Below, in pieces: positions 11,345-24,501 of a DNA stretch of 49,114 bases. The notes beneath the pieces are model-generated. The model had not been told where the DNA came from and searched no databases. It saw only the letters and a list, made by a program, of their open reading frames with translations. The position numbers and the translations under genes were made by a program. Position 1 is the stretch's first letter; each line of letters starts with the position of its first letter. The stretch comes from Vermamoeba vermiformis (Eukaryota). Where the stretch lies: the NCBI GenBank assembly GCA_045837725.1, contig JBEWZL010000298.1:62001-111114 (forward strand), in the 5' to 3' direction.

Positions 11345-13086
11345 CTACAGCTGCGTGATGAGATCAGCGCTCTTCTTGCTGTTGTCCAAGCGACAGATCG
11401 GGTTGTTGCGCACAAAATTCAGATCGATGCCGTGGCCCACGAGGTCTCTAATGTTCTCTAGGCGGTACTTGATCATCGTGGGTCGTTCTAAACTCAAACC
11501 CCACGCAATCACGCTCACATCTTCAGGCAGACCCATAGGACGCAACATCTCTGGTCTGAACATGCCGCTGTTGCCGATCTCCACCCACCGCTTCAGATCC
11601 GGATGGTAGCCGAAGATCTCCATCGAAGGCTCGGTGTAAGGGTTGTAGGCTGGCTTGAACTTGATGTTGGTGATGCCGTAACGCTCGAAGAACTGCGCAA
11701 TTGAACCGATGAGATCGGTGAGCGAGAGGTCTCGATCGGCGACCAGACCCTCGATCTGATGGAACTCGGCCAAGTGCGTGGCATCGAGGTTCTCATTGCG
11801 GAACACACGATCGATCGAGAAGTACTTCTTGGGAGTGAACACGCCCGTCTCTTTGTACTGCTGCGCGAGTTTGTACAACATGCGCGTGGAGATGGCGGTG
11901 GTGTGAGTGCGCAGTACATTCTTCTGTGCCTCGCTCAACTTCCAGTCATATCGCCAGCCTCGCGTGCCATACTCCGCCACACCGTCACCGTGCACGGCTG
12001 CGACCTTCTGCAGGTACTCTTCGGGGTACTGCGTGGTGACTGCAGGCTCGCTCATGAAGAAAGTGTCGTGTGCATCGCGTGCAGGGTGCTGTTGCGGAGT
12101 GAAGAGCGCATCGAAGTTCCAGAACGAGGACTCGATCCACTTGTTGGTGGGCATTTCTTGGAAGCCGAGCTCTAAGAAGATCTCTCGGAACTCTGCGCGC
12201 ACCTTGAGCAAGGGGTGCAAGTGGCCTGCAGTAGGAGCAATGCCGAGTGCTTTGAGGTTGTAGGCCTTGAAGTTGGCTTGTTTCCAGGCATCGTTCACCA
12301 AGAGGTCAGCAGTCAGATCTGTCGCGACTTCTTGCTTGAGATTGACGGTGAAGGACTCGCCCTTGATCACCTTGTAGGCCTTGATCACTGAAGTCAATAT
12401 CAACTTGCGTTTCTTGAGGTTCTCGAGCGCATCCTTAGCGAGCTTATTGAGCTGTTGCAGCTGATTGCGCACCGTGTCCTCGAATACGAGCTCGCTCTTG
12501 ACGCTGAGTGTTTGTTCTTTGTCTTTGCCGCTCATCGTCAGCCACTTGTTCTTCATGGCTTGACCCATGGCTACACTCATGCTTTCACGATCTTCTTTTT
12601 CGTCCGAGGAAAACAACTTTGTAATGTTCAATTTCAATACTGGTTCGCTGTAATTTGTAATATGAGTCAATAATTCGTACAAATGTAAACCGAATTATTA
12701 TTGGATCAAGAAATAAAATTATTATCTTCTAAAAATCGCATAATCAGTCTAAAATATACATACCCCTTCTCTTTAAGATAAGAGCACAAGATAAATTCAG
12801 GAGAACCCTTTGCAATGGCGTGTTGACCCTCAGCGGTCAATGTCACTTCAGGGATGTCGAACTGTTCAGCGACGACAATGCCGCGACTCTGCAGCGACTT
12901 GACCACACCTACGACTAACAAGTGGTCGTAGTGGTGCTTGTCGGCCCACTCTTTGGTCGAGGCAATGCTCTCTGCACCGCTGTTCAGTTGATCAACGATC
13001 TGTTGTGCTACACGCTCTTTCTCCTCGTCATTCTTGGCGGGAGCAGCAATATTCTTAGTGTTAGTATTGTTATTGTTCTTCTCCAT
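11345..13086 (-). CDS. FARSA: Cytosolic phenylalanine-tRNA ligase alpha subunit
   Basis: [56 protein letters not shown] and [10 protein letters not shown]. One coding intron near 12640-12765 and a probable 5'UTR intron at ~13110-13180. Confidence 0.96.
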
Positions 13087-13397
13087 CGTGGTGTTGGTGT
13101 TGGATCAACTGCAAATTAAAAAATGACTACCTGCAACTTCACCCTGCCACAAACATCGCGCAATTGACTATTGTACTTACCTATTGTCAATTAATACACA
13201 CTCAATGCTTGCTCTGTTACGAGGACCATGTAGTATTAGACGACGTCAAAGTTTTTACTTTTGAGGGTGGATTCACGGAAATTACGCAGAAACAGCAGGC
13301 AAAAAATAGCGTATTTTATGTATTTTATTTACAAATGAATAGGAAGTACCGACACCAGTTTACAGCTTTTTTATTTGGTTGATCCAGATGTCCATTA

Positions 13398-13610
13398 TTA
13401 TTTTGTTCCGTTGGTAGCGGCATTGAGAATCGAATATCGCAGTTGTGTAACGGGCAATTTAGATTTGTATTTATTGAGCGGGTATTGCTTCAAAAACGAT
13501 TCTACTTTCTCCACACGAGCTGCTCTCTTTCGTGCATTTGCTTTTGTTCGGTTGTTTGGTCTGATTGGGGCCCAAGCTAAGCCACCCAATAAAATTTGAG
13601 TAAGACGCAT
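13398..13610 (-). CDS. Probable mitochondrial large-subunit ribosomal protein mL60 (MrpL31-like)
   Basis: 70 aa basic ORF MRLTQILLGGLAWAPIRPNNRTKANARKRAARVEKV resembles the GGLLW...K.RQR.RL..V..V N-terminus of fungal MrpL31 (recalled similarity). Confidence 0.6.
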   Translation of the reverse strand: MRLTQILLGGLAWAPIRPNNRTKANARKRAARVEKVESFLKQYPLNKYKSKLPVTQLRYSILNAATNGTK

Positions 13611-13799
13611 GGTTTATTATTGAATACGGTGAGTGAGTTACGCGTTTGTTGCGATAATCTTGGTTGGTGCAATTTTTTCAGGCCAAAAATTTCGGCCCAA
13701 AATTTTGGCTGGCCAAATTCAACCACGATTTTTTTCATCTTCTTCTTTCTCTTCTTGTTACTCGGCGCTAAAACAAGGCAGGACTGCGACGTATAAAAG

Positions 13800-14575
13800 A
13801 TGCTTATTCCTAAAAAGATCTCAAAGACTATTTTGAAGTATCTCTTCAAAGGTATGCTATTGGAATTATTGGGACGCCGATATTATTGAAAATTATTTTC
13901 GATATCCGCTAATAATAATTTTATAATTTCACTCCAGTGGATTTTTAAATTATAATTGTGCATATAATAATTAAATATTATCGCAGAGGGTGTTGTTGTT
14001 GCCAAGAAGGATACTGTGGGTAAACACCCCGAGATTGATGTCCCCAACCTCTATGTTATCAAGTTGATGCAAAGTTTGAAGAGCAAGGGTTACGTCGCTG
14101 AAAAATTCAACTGGTGGTACTTCTACTGGCATTTGACTAACGACGGTATGGAATACTTGCGTGACTACCTCTCTTTGCCCGAATCCATCGTCCCTGCCAC
14201 CCTCAAGCCTCAAGCTCGCGCTCAACGCGCTCCTCAAGCTCAAGGTCAAGCCCCTGCTAAGGAGGGTCAAGCCGAAGGCGTAAGTTAATCGACAAAATTA
14301 TTAATTTAATAATTATAATTGTTGGATCAATTCTATTTCAACGCGACGACGAAGCAAGATTACAAGATCATTATAATAAATAATAATAATAATCGCCTTG
14401 AATTATCCACAAACGACGAATGAGGAAACTGCAGAGACTGACGCGTTTGTCCGAACAGACTCAAGGCAAGACTGGTGCCCCCGCAGGCCGTGGCTACTAC
14501 CGTGACAGCAACAAGGCGCAACAGACTGGCAGCATCGGTCGTGGCTCTGCTCCTCGCAACAACACGAACAAATAA
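13800..14575 (+). CDS. RPS10: 40S ribosomal protein eS10, 3 exons
   Basis: MLIPKK...[13 protein letters not shown]...[19 protein letters not shown]...[30 protein letters not shown]. Introns 13852-13986 and 14280-14458. Confidence 0.96.
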
Positions 14576-14949
14576 ATACCCTGCCGTACACTAACTCGTA
14601 AATAATAAACAAAAAAAATCTAAAACCCCTCTTTGGTCAATCCGTGGCTCTTTATGTGACGCTGACTGTTAATTTGTGGTTTGTAATGGAGCGGATCTAT
14701 TTTCAACTGCTGTGGATCGGAGTGGGATCACGATCAGCGCAAATTGTCAACCTAAATTTGATCAACAATAGTACTTACTATGCGAATTTAATACGTCCCT
14801 AACCATCCTATTCTCGCCATTGCCGCTCTCAGCCGCAAGGGCAGCAGAATGTCGCCTGAGTTCAGTCGCGTTATTTTGACTGTTTTGTCGAACACAGCTC
14901 TCTCGCGCATTCATTGTAGTTCTGTGACTATTCGTGCAGCAAAATAGAC

Positions 14950-17431
14950 ATGTTCTCATCTGTGTTCAGACAAATCCAGCGAGGGGCTCAGCAGATCCAC
15001 CGATGTGTCGTGCCATCCGCCAAAAATGTTCAACCGAATATTAATTTATTTTCGGCTACATCAACTTGTCTTTATTCTACACAGGTAAATGATTATTTGC
15101 ATTTTTGGTTGTAAATTTATTATTTTTGGTGGATCTGGATGGTTAACGAAATACCATTTACAGAAAAAAAGTGAACGTTTGGCCAAAACTCGCAACATAG
15201 GAATTTCAGCGCATATTGATTCTGGCAAGACAACATTGACCGAACGAATTCTGTACTACACAGGAAGGATTCAAGAGATCCACGAAGTACGTTGTATCAA
15301 TAAGAAAGCATATTTACGATGCCTATAATTCTAATGCGACAATCGCATAGGTCAGAGGTACAGATGGAGTCGGAGCTAAGATGGACAGCATGGATCTCGA
15401 GCGCGAGAAAGGTATCACCATCAAGAGTGCCGCGACGTACGTGCGCTGGGGCGATCACCACATCAACATCATCGACACGCCGGGACACGTGGACTTCACC
15501 ATTGAAGTCGAGCGCTCGCTCAAGGTGTTGGACGGTGCCGTGCTGGTGCTGTGCGGTGTGAGTGGCGTGCAGTCGCAGACATTCACCGTGGACCGACAGA
15601 TGCGTCGCTACAAAGTGCCGCGCTTAGTGTTCATCAACAAGCTCGACAGACTCGGCGCTGATCCCTGGCGCGCGGTCTCGCAACTCCGCAGCAAACTCGG
15701 TCTGCACGCAGCAGCGGTGCAAGTGCCGATTGGCTTGGAGGGCAATCACAACGGTGTGGTGGATCTGGTGGAGATGCAAGCAGTGTACTTCCAGGGCATC
15801 AACGGACGCAATGTGGTGCGCGAACCCATCCCTGAGAACTTGCAGGACATTGTGGAGGAGAAGCGCCAGGCCCTGATTGAGACCCTGGGCGATGTGGACG
15901 AGGTAATTGGCGAGAAGTTGATCTCGGACATGGAGATCACGAACAGCGATGTCAAAGCCGCCATCAGACGCGGTGTGGTGAGCATGAAGTTCGTGCCCGT
16001 GTTCATGGGCTCAGCATTCAAGAACCGCGGTGTGCAGCTCTTGCTCGACGGTGTCTTGGCGTACTTGCCGGACCCGACTGAAGTGTAAGTTGTTTTTTTG
16101 ACACCTGTCATTGTCATCGTGGCGTGACACGTGTCACTCTTGAGGACTGCTGAACTGACACGTGTCACTACAGAGAGAACTTGGCGTTCATGAAAGAAGA
16201 CGAGACCAAGTCCTTCCCCGTGAATCAAGTGGACCCTTCACTGCCGCTCATTGCCTACGCCTTCAAGCTCGAAGAGAGCAAGTTTGGTCAGCTCACCTAC
16301 ATGCGCATCTACCAGGGCACACTGCGCAAGGGCAACTGGATCCGCAACGTAATGACAGACAAGAAGGTGAAAGTACCTCGTCTGGTGCGCATGCACAGCG
16401 AGGAGATGGAGGACGTGGACAAGCTGGAAGCAGGTGACATTTGCGCCATCTTTGGTGTGGACTGCTCGACAGGCACGACCTTCACCGATCAGAACGAGAC
16501 CAAGAACTACTTGATGAGCAGCATGCACGTGCCCGAGCCTGTCATGTCACTCGCCATCACCACCAAGTCGCGCGAACAGGCCAACAACTTCACCAAGGCG
16601 CTGCGTCGCTTCCAAAAAGAAGATCCGACCTTCCGCGTGACCAACGACAACGAGACGGGCGAGATTCTCATCAGTGGCATGGGTGAATTGCACCTCGAAA
16701 TCTACGTCGAGCGCATGCGTCGCGAGTACAAGGTCGATGCTAAAGTCGGCAAGCCGCAAGTGGCGTATCGCGAGACCATTCAGCGCAAGTCCGTGTTCGA
16801 GACACTGCACAAGAAGCAGAGCGGTGGTCAGGGTCAATATGCCAAGCTCATGGGCTACTTGGAGCCTATTGGTGATGAAGAGGGCATGGTCAAGGAGTTC
16901 GTTGACGCGACTATTGGTGGCACAGTGCCACCCAACTTGGTGCCCGCAGTGATCAAGGGCTACGAAGACTGTCTCGCACAGGGTCCGATGACTGGCTTCC
17001 CAGTGGAGCGAGTGCGCATGGTGATCACTGATGGCGCGTGGCATCCAGTGGACAGCACGGAGATTGCGTTCAGAACGTGCAGTCAAATGGCATTCAAGGA
17101 CGCATTCAAGAACGGCGATCCATCCATCTTGGAGCCGATCATGTCGATTGAACTCGTGGTGCCCAATGAGTTCCAAGGTGCGGTGGTCGGTCTGTTCAAT
17201 CGTCGCAAGGGTGTCATCACTGAATCGAGCACTGAGGGTGATATCGTCACTGTCTCGGGTGAAGTGCCGCTCAACAACATGTTCGGCTTCAGCACGGAAC
17301 TCAGATCCAACACGCAGGGCAAGGGCGAGTTCTCGATGGAGTACAAGCGACACGACTACGTACCGCGCGATCAGTTGCAGCAGTTGTTTGAGCAGTACAA
17401 GGATCACAAACGCGCTGCTCCTGCTCAGTAA
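14950..17431 (+). CDS. GFM1: Mitochondrial elongation factor G1, 4 exons
   Basis: Presequence-like exon 1, then [39 protein letters not shown] and [10 protein letters not shown]. Confidence 0.95.
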
Positions 17432-17671
17432 ATCATCGTGAGCAAGGTGTGGCATCCATTGTTGTTATATTTGTACTGGCTATCCAAAAGGCCACATCCA
17501 ACCTTCAATTTTGTTTATTGGCGAAAAGATTAAAGATTTGTTTTGTAATGCTAGTATTACTCGCAATCATTGTTAAGTATAATGATTTTATTTACAAGCG
17601 AAGTTGTGTCAGATGCCTGTGTTGGGGGCTGTAAAATTCAATATTAAATTGCGTAAATTGGAAATTTTTTC

Positions 17672-17974
17672 TCATAATCGTCTAATAATTAGTATAATTG
17701 TATGATCACCATATTAAAATACTTACATAATTAAGGCGAGGGTAGAGACCATGCCAGGTACAAAATGACCGAACACGACTTCAGATGTGTCATTGACGCT
17801 CTTCGAATAAGCTGCGCCGTCAATCCATACCCACCAACCACATGCAAACTATATGTAACAACAATTAGCCGCGTATTTGCGAATATACGAGTGTCAGATG
17901 CGTACGAGAATGCCGGCAAAATAAGCGAGAAAAGTTTCTCTGAACTTAGTGGGTCTATCGCTAGGACCAAACAT
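17672..17974 (-). CDS. Vps68/TMEM50 (UPF0220) family, N-terminal half only; absent from the ORF track
   Basis: Exons 17974-17906 and 17848-17727 give MFGPSDRPTKFRETFLAYFAGILFACGWWVWIDGAAYSKSVNDTSEVVFGHFVPGMVSTLALI. The nearest acceptor then gives IRL-stop. Confidence 0.75.
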
Positions 17975-18145
17975 GGTGAGTGCTGTTGATAGTAATATTA
18001 AATTATTGTAGAGGTGTGGTAGGAAGAAAGAAGTCCTCTACCAGGGCCAGTCACGTGCTCGGCTTAAATTACGTTTGCCGCGCTTTTTGAGTTCGTTATT
18101 TTTAATTCGCAACAGTCACATCAACAACAAGTGCTGACAATAATA

Positions 18146-18893
18146 ATGACCTCTGTAGTCGCGCACCGATCTCCGACCAAGATGATGCACAATAATATGA
18201 ACAAGAGTGCTGAGCTGAAGAAACGAAAGCGCGATGATGATGTCGCGGATTCGAACAACAGAAAACAGAAGGCACACAAGACCTCGCCTGGACAGTCAGG
18301 TATGTTATATTATTTATGGCCTAATTATCGTCGCTAATTCTTTGTAGTTCCCGCCATCCAAACTGAAACAGATGTGCATCGAATTAAACAACGACAAAAG
18401 CAAGTAGATTTCGGCAAGAACACATTGGGCTATCAAATCTATGTTAAGAAGGTCCCTAAGTAAGCATTCTCCCTCCTCTCAATCAGTTTTCAATGCATTA
18501 ATCAGCTGATCCAGAGCACAACGCAAGCGCGAAGATCCACGCACCCCTGAAGTGGATCGGCAGTACAGCAAACGCTGCTGGGACGCGATTGTGCGCAAGT
18601 GGCGTCGAGAGCTACACAAGTGGGACCCTGAGGGCAGCACTGCAGGCGATGAGAACGACGCCAATGCTGCGAACATTGACTTGAACGACTTGCTGGATCT
18701 GCAGCAACTCAGCGAGCCCAAGAGCGAGACTAAGGAGACTGTCACTAAGACCGAGAAGCAGGACAGCAAGACCTCTGTTAAGAGCGAGCCTGTTGAAAGC
18801 AAGAAGAGCTGGGCAGATCTGGTGGACGAAGAACTCAACAACGAGGCACAGGGCAAGTCGATTTACGATGACTTTGAGGACGATGACTTTTAA
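18146..18893 (+). CDS. SLBP: Histone mRNA stem-loop binding protein, 3 exons
   Basis: Spliced RNA-binding domain RIKQRQKQVDFGKNTLGYQIY...PRTP...YSKRCWDAIVRKWRRELHKWDP, followed by an acidic tail. Confidence 0.92.
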
Positions 18894-19202
18894 GACTAGA
18901 GGCGCACTTATATATATATAGCTAGTGGCAATGGGTACTGCTAGTGTCTGGTGCTAAGAGCGCGTTAAGGCGTGACTCTGCATCTGCTTGTAACATAGTT
19001 TGAATTGTAAAGTACTTGTAACCCTTGTAATCGAGGTCTGTATAGCACTGCGGCGCTAGTCTCAGTTATATATCATTTGTATCCCTAGTCTCAATTATGT
19101 ATCATAGCGTCAAACTGAGTCCAGGTTGATTATTAGTCTAAATTTGTTTGAATTGAAAAATCAGCTCGTGACCCACAAGAGCCTATTTATACAGCAGTGA
19201 CT

Positions 19203-20217
19203 ATGACAGAACTCAAAGAGGTCACGAGTACTAATGGTATTTCTAACGGCGAGCGAAGAGCCTCGCGACGATTGAGTCCAAACGTCAATCTGAAGGATTT
19301 ACAGAACCCCGGCAAAGTGGTCGATCCGGAGGTGATCACTATTCAACGCATATACACACATGGCACCAGTCCATGTTTTGACGAGAGCTATCCTGAATTC
19401 TTAGCTAAGCGGGTACGTGACAATAATTTATTAAATTTCAATAATAATAACAAAAATAATATTTAATTAAATTCGTGTCTGTGACGAGTGCTGTTCTATT
19501 ACTAACGAGTATACACATATATAGGGAGTGACGGCAGAGCAATACCGTCGCACCATTCAACAAATCAACGAGTACTACGAAGATGCAGAAGACTACGGGT
19601 GTCGCGAGTACAGCGAGGGCTGCGTGACTTTCTTCACGTGCAATCTGTTCATGGCCTGCACGCGACCGAATTACTTGAAGGACATGAAGCACGTGGAGCG
19701 CTGGATCAGCACTGAGAACGAGCAGATCTATCGCCCGCGCGGGCTGGAGATATTGAATCCGATTAAGAACGGCTCATTGTTTGTACGTACTGTAGTATAT
19801 ATATATAACGCGACTAGTACTCACGCGCGACAGATTGAAATCAAAGTGCATCCAAAGTCCGCGGACAACACGCCGAGCACCACGACGACGAACACACCGA
19901 ACAACAGCAGCACTAATAATAGCACCACCAATAATAGTAACACCACCAATGTGACACGTGACAATGCGAACACGATCACGAATGAGACGTTCATGAACGG
20001 TGAAAAAAAAACAAAAAAGTACAACAAATCCACGGAGAATTTGATTGAGAGCCGCGAGAGTGACGAAGAAAAAGCTAAAAATAGCAGCGAACTGAAGGGC
20101 AGCAAGAACACGCTGATCGTGTCCAATCCGCTGAGTGAGGTGAGTGTCAACAACAATCGCAGTGTCAACAATGTCAATGTCAACAACGAGTCCAGCACCA
20201 GCACCAGTGACAGCTAA
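19203..20217 (+). CDS. Erf4/Golgin A7 family palmitoyltransferase subunit with N/T/S-rich tail, 3 exons
   Basis: PCFDESYPEFL...YRRTIQQINEYY...EGCVTFFTC...ENEQIYRPRGLEILNPIKNG...IEI. Confidence 0.85.
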
Positions 20218-20378
20218 AAATAGCCGCGAGTGACAGGTGCCAGTGCACATCGTTTTGTATATAAGCAGCGTGTATAGTCGTCGTGTACAGTAGTTAAACT
20301 GATTGCAATCAGTGAATGCATCTATTTTGGGATTATTTACAGCGGTATGGTACAGGACGGCGAATGACACCTGTCACA

Positions 20379-21920
20379 TTAAGTGTCAGATGGGCTTCGA
20401 TGGCGTTGCAAGTCAAATTTGAGCCAGGACTCGGGTTTGAACACGTGAGGCTGAGATTTCCCGCGCAGCACACTGTGCAGCTGAAATCCCGCATTGACAC
20501 CTGTCAACGGCTGATCTTCGCGAGTGTAGCTGTCATCGAGTGGGAATGGACAGGGGAATGACAGCTGACTGCAGCACAGGGCCCACATGTCTGGCTCGAG
20601 CACGTGCTTGTTGCCATATAAGGCATCGCCCAATATAGTCATGCCCTCGTGCGTCAGTTGCGCGCGAATCTGATGTGTTTTGCCAGTCAAGAGCTGGATG
20701 TCGAGCATGACAAGTGGTGGCACGTGACTGTGCTGCGTGAGATCACGTGACACTGCTCTCAACCAGGGCAGCTCAAAGGGTGTCAGGGGCGCGCACTGTT
20801 CGAGTGTGACATTCTCCGTGAGGTGCAGCTGTTGACAGGTGTCATTCAGTGACACGGGTGCGTGACTGACACCGCGCGCGCACGTGATGAGCAGTTTGAG
20901 TTCCGTGCTGTACTCCTCATCGGGCACGTGCTGCACCAGTGTGCGCTGAATGCCACCACTCTCCACCGTCATGTGCTGCACGTCAATCAGCCCTGGTAGA
21001 GCGGTCAGTTCGCTGCTGCACGATTCACTGAACAGCGATGCACGTGACACGTACCAGGACTCGGGCGCGCACTGTCAGGTATCACGTGCGAGTCGTTGTC
21101 GCTCCACTTGCGCGAGGTCCAGTGCGTTAGATCGATCGGAAAGCGTGTGTGACCATATTTGGCTAAAAAGGCCTGCCAGTCACGTGTTGCCACCACGGCT
21201 TGATAATTTTTCCGCACAAAGTGTTTCTGACCAACAATTGCATTGAAATAGCGCTGAAATTGCGCGGTACGAGCGCTAAATTTGGCCCGATTAGTCTTTG
21301 CAGTTATTTACAATCACGTGCTTACAGCATGAGCAGTCCATGTGTACCTGTGTCTGCGGAGATGGTGCGATTAATCGAGGTGAGCGAATGACAGGTGACA
21401 CTTACCTAATCGGGAAGTGAGCAGCAGAGGTCCGTGCACACGTGATCGGATCGGACTGTCCGCGGCAGTCACGTGACTGATGAGACACTCGCGGCTGTGC
21501 TAGAGGTCAGTACTTGACACGTGTCACACAGCAGCACGCACCGATTGTCCTTGCTCGGCACACTCGGCAGACCAGGCGGCTTGTCCATGACGCAGAAGTG
21601 ACGCGTGCTGGCAACGAGCCACTGCCACTGTGTCACGTGTCTGTCACGTGTGCGTGGCGTGTAGCGCTTGGGCGTGAGATAGGCCTGCATGAAGTCACGT
21701 GGTGCGAGGGCTTGATCGGTCAGCAGCACCTCGTTGTTGACGCGCACTGCTCCGAGATCGATCAGCGCCCTGATCTCCGCGGCTGGCATGTCTAAATTAG
21801 GCAAGTGAGTCGACTGAGGTGGAGGGCAACAGTGAACTCACGTGTAGCTTTGTGAATAATGTCTGAGGCCCACGTCCACTTGTCTGCAACGTAGCGGAGT
21901 CGCGACACTGTTTTTAACAT
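20379..21920 (-). CDS. RluA/RluD-family pseudouridine synthase with S4-like N-terminus, multi-exon
   Basis: LIDLGAVRVNNE, DKPPGLPS, spliced catalytic SRLDTGTHGLL, and LLTGKTHQIRAQL...ILGDALYG. Confidence 0.88.
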
Positions 21921-22201
21921 TTTTTTGGAATTTTTTTTGAGCTGGATGTGGCAGTAGCGGATCTGGTTGGTTTGGCGACGAATGGACTTAAATACACTGT
22001 ATATTGCAAAAACAAATCGATGTGTTGATTACATAACAGAGAAGTGGTGCCTCGCTCTCGTGTGCTGTTCAACTGAAATTAAACTGCGATCAGATCTGAC
22101 ACGTCATCACTCGCCAAAAACTGCGCTGAAAACACGCTTTTTACAGCACACATTGCAGCACGCATTACACGCAGTAGTCGCACACACGCCACAGCTGTTT
22201 C

Positions 22202-23390
22202 ATGGTGTTCAGTTTAGACTTGCGGTTTCTCATCTGTTTTGGTGGGATCTTCTTCTCGTACTTGATTTACGGTATCTTGCAGGAGAATGTGTACGTATAC
22301 GCTATTAATAGCAGAATATTTTTATATAATGGGGCGGTGTAGAGTGTCGGTTAATCCTCTTTTATTTTGATTTTTAAAAATTTAATTATTTTGGATCCGC
22401 TCAACTTAACTGCCAATTCTTTTTGCAAATTAATAATGTCAAATACAATGCTAACCACACCGCGCAGCTACGTGACAGAATACGGACCCAACAAAGAACG
22501 CTTCAAATTCACGCTGTTCGCGGTGCTGGCGCAGAGTGTCATGGGCGCGCTGGTGGCACGACTCGGTGAGCTAAATATAGACCATTGCCATATATAGCCA
22601 CTCATCTCGTATCGCAGTGATGGCCGTGTTGCCGCGCAGTGAAGTGAACAGCACGGGCGAGTCTCTGTGGAGCTATTTTTGGTCCTCGACGAGTCAGACA
22701 CTGGCGCTCATTTGCAGCAATCATTCTTTGCAGTTCATCGACTACCCCACGCAGGTCATCGCGAAGAGCTGCAAACCATTGCCTATTATGGTCGGTGACA
22801 TGTTGACGGGTACCCCACAACCTTTGCGGAAATACTTTTTTGTGCTGCTGATCACTGGTGGCATCGCGCTGTTCACGCTGCAAGACACGCGCAATGCGAG
22901 ACACAAAGTGACACCTGTCAACGAGTGGTCGGGACTGACGCTGGTGCTGCTGTCGCTGTTGCTGGACGGAGTGACGGGCAAGCTGCAAGACCGTCTGATC
23001 AGCGCGCACCACCCGAGCTCGTACCGCATGATGTACTGCAGCAATCTGTGGAGTGCGCTGCTCGTCACGTGCTTGTTGACCCTCACGCGCGAGTGGCAGC
23101 CAGTCTTTGCATTCATTGCGCAGTACCCGATTGTGTTGCTGGACATCCTCGCGTTCTCATTGGTCAGCGCGCTCGGTCAGAACTTCATCTACTACACCGT
23201 CAAGCACTACGGCTCGCTGGTCTGTTCCATCATCACGACGACCAGAAAGTTCTTCACCGTGCTCGCCTCCGTGTTCTATTACGCACATCCACTCACGGAC
23301 TGGCAGTGGGGCGCTGTCTTCATGGTGTTTGCGGGCCTGGGACTCGATACGCTCTATTCCAAGAAGAGAAAACACAACAAAACTGCCTAA
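22202..23390 (+). CDS. UDP-galactose transporter homolog (SLC35B1/HUT1, UAA family), 3 exons
   Basis: YGILQE, YPTQVIAKSCKPLPIM, LDGVTGKLQD, GQNFIY and ITTTRKFFTVL, with a Lys-rich C-terminus. Confidence 0.92.
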
Positions 23391-23510
23391 TTTGGGCACA
23401 GAATTGAATTCGCAGCTAAATATAGCAGCAGTGTATTATGTACAAAAACAATAAAGAACAAGTAAGACTATATGTAGTACTGTGATTATACGAGTACGAT
23501 GATGGCGCGC

Positions 23511-24501
23511 CTATTTCTTGGGGAACCAGGGCACAAAAGCACTAGTTTTGACGTACTGGTCTTTGCTCGTCGAATCTGCTACGCGACGCAACTTGGGCTC
23601 GAGCAGTGGCACACCTGAGACCTTGAGCAACAGTGTGGTGATGAAGACAGGGGTGCATATTAACGACAATAGGACCTTGCTGATCAATGAGCCAGCACCC
23701 AAGCCAGATGTGACCAAGCCAGTGCAGATCATGATCCAGAGTCCCCACCACACCACGCACTCACCAAAGTAGTTGGGGTGTCGACTAACAGCATATATAT
23801 ATATCAGTACTCGTCTATAAGATGAGTACCACTCACCTGTAGCGCCATATTCCCGCTGTCAACAATTGACCTTTTTTGGTGCTTGGATCGCGCTTGAAGC
23901 GATACATTTGATAGTCCGCTGCGAGTCATATGAGTATAGTGCAAGATGTATATATATATGGACGACGTACCCACAGCCTCGCACAAGAAGCCGACCGTCC
24001 AGACGAGTGCCCCGAGCACATCTGACCAGAGCAGCTGATTGGTGCCCGGATGTTGCACGTTGAGCAGCAGTGCCACCGAGAGAATAACTGCAAACACACT
24101 CTGCAGCACAAAGGTCTGCAAATAACTCACCCACCAATAGCGTGGGCCCCAATACGCGCGGAATTTCTGGTAGCGGAAGTCTTCGCCGCTGTGTCCGAGC
24201 TTGCGCACCACTGTGTGACACGTGTCAATCACTGACCTGCACGTGCGTGGAGGTACTTACGCAGATAGAGCGCTAGTCGCAGTGCCCATATGACGAGCAG
24301 CGCGTAGACGAGTGTGACGCGGATGTGGCTGAAAGTAAAGTGCGCGGACACGAGCAGATAATAGCTGCTAGTGAGCACGAAGAGCAAGGACCATGCAATG
24401 TCGACTATAGAGACATCACTGAGCACCACTGAGAGCACCCACAGCGCTGTCATTGGGATCAGCTCATAAATAAGTGCGGAACCGAGATGTGACCAGAACA
24501 T
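23511..24501 (-). CDS. DUF1295 membrane protein (steroid 5-alpha-reductase C-terminal-like), multi-exon
   Basis: DVSIVDIAW, WALRLALYL, EDFRY, SRHPNYFGE, LLLKVSGVPLLE and TSAFVPWFPKK. Confidence 0.9.

Noticed and set aside
13320-13400. AVNWCRYFLFI on minus as the missing Vps68 3' exon
   Set aside because: It lies in the mL60 3'UTR more than 4 kb away, has no suitable acceptor, and the similarity is too weak.
13852-14458. snoRNAs in RPS10 introns
   Set aside because: No convincing box C/D pair with a terminal stem and no H/ACA architecture seen.
19057-19105. 20-bp imperfect tandem duplication after SLBP (TAGTCTCA.TTAT.TATCAT)
   Set aside because: Only two copies in a 3'UTR/intergenic gap, with no evidence of function.
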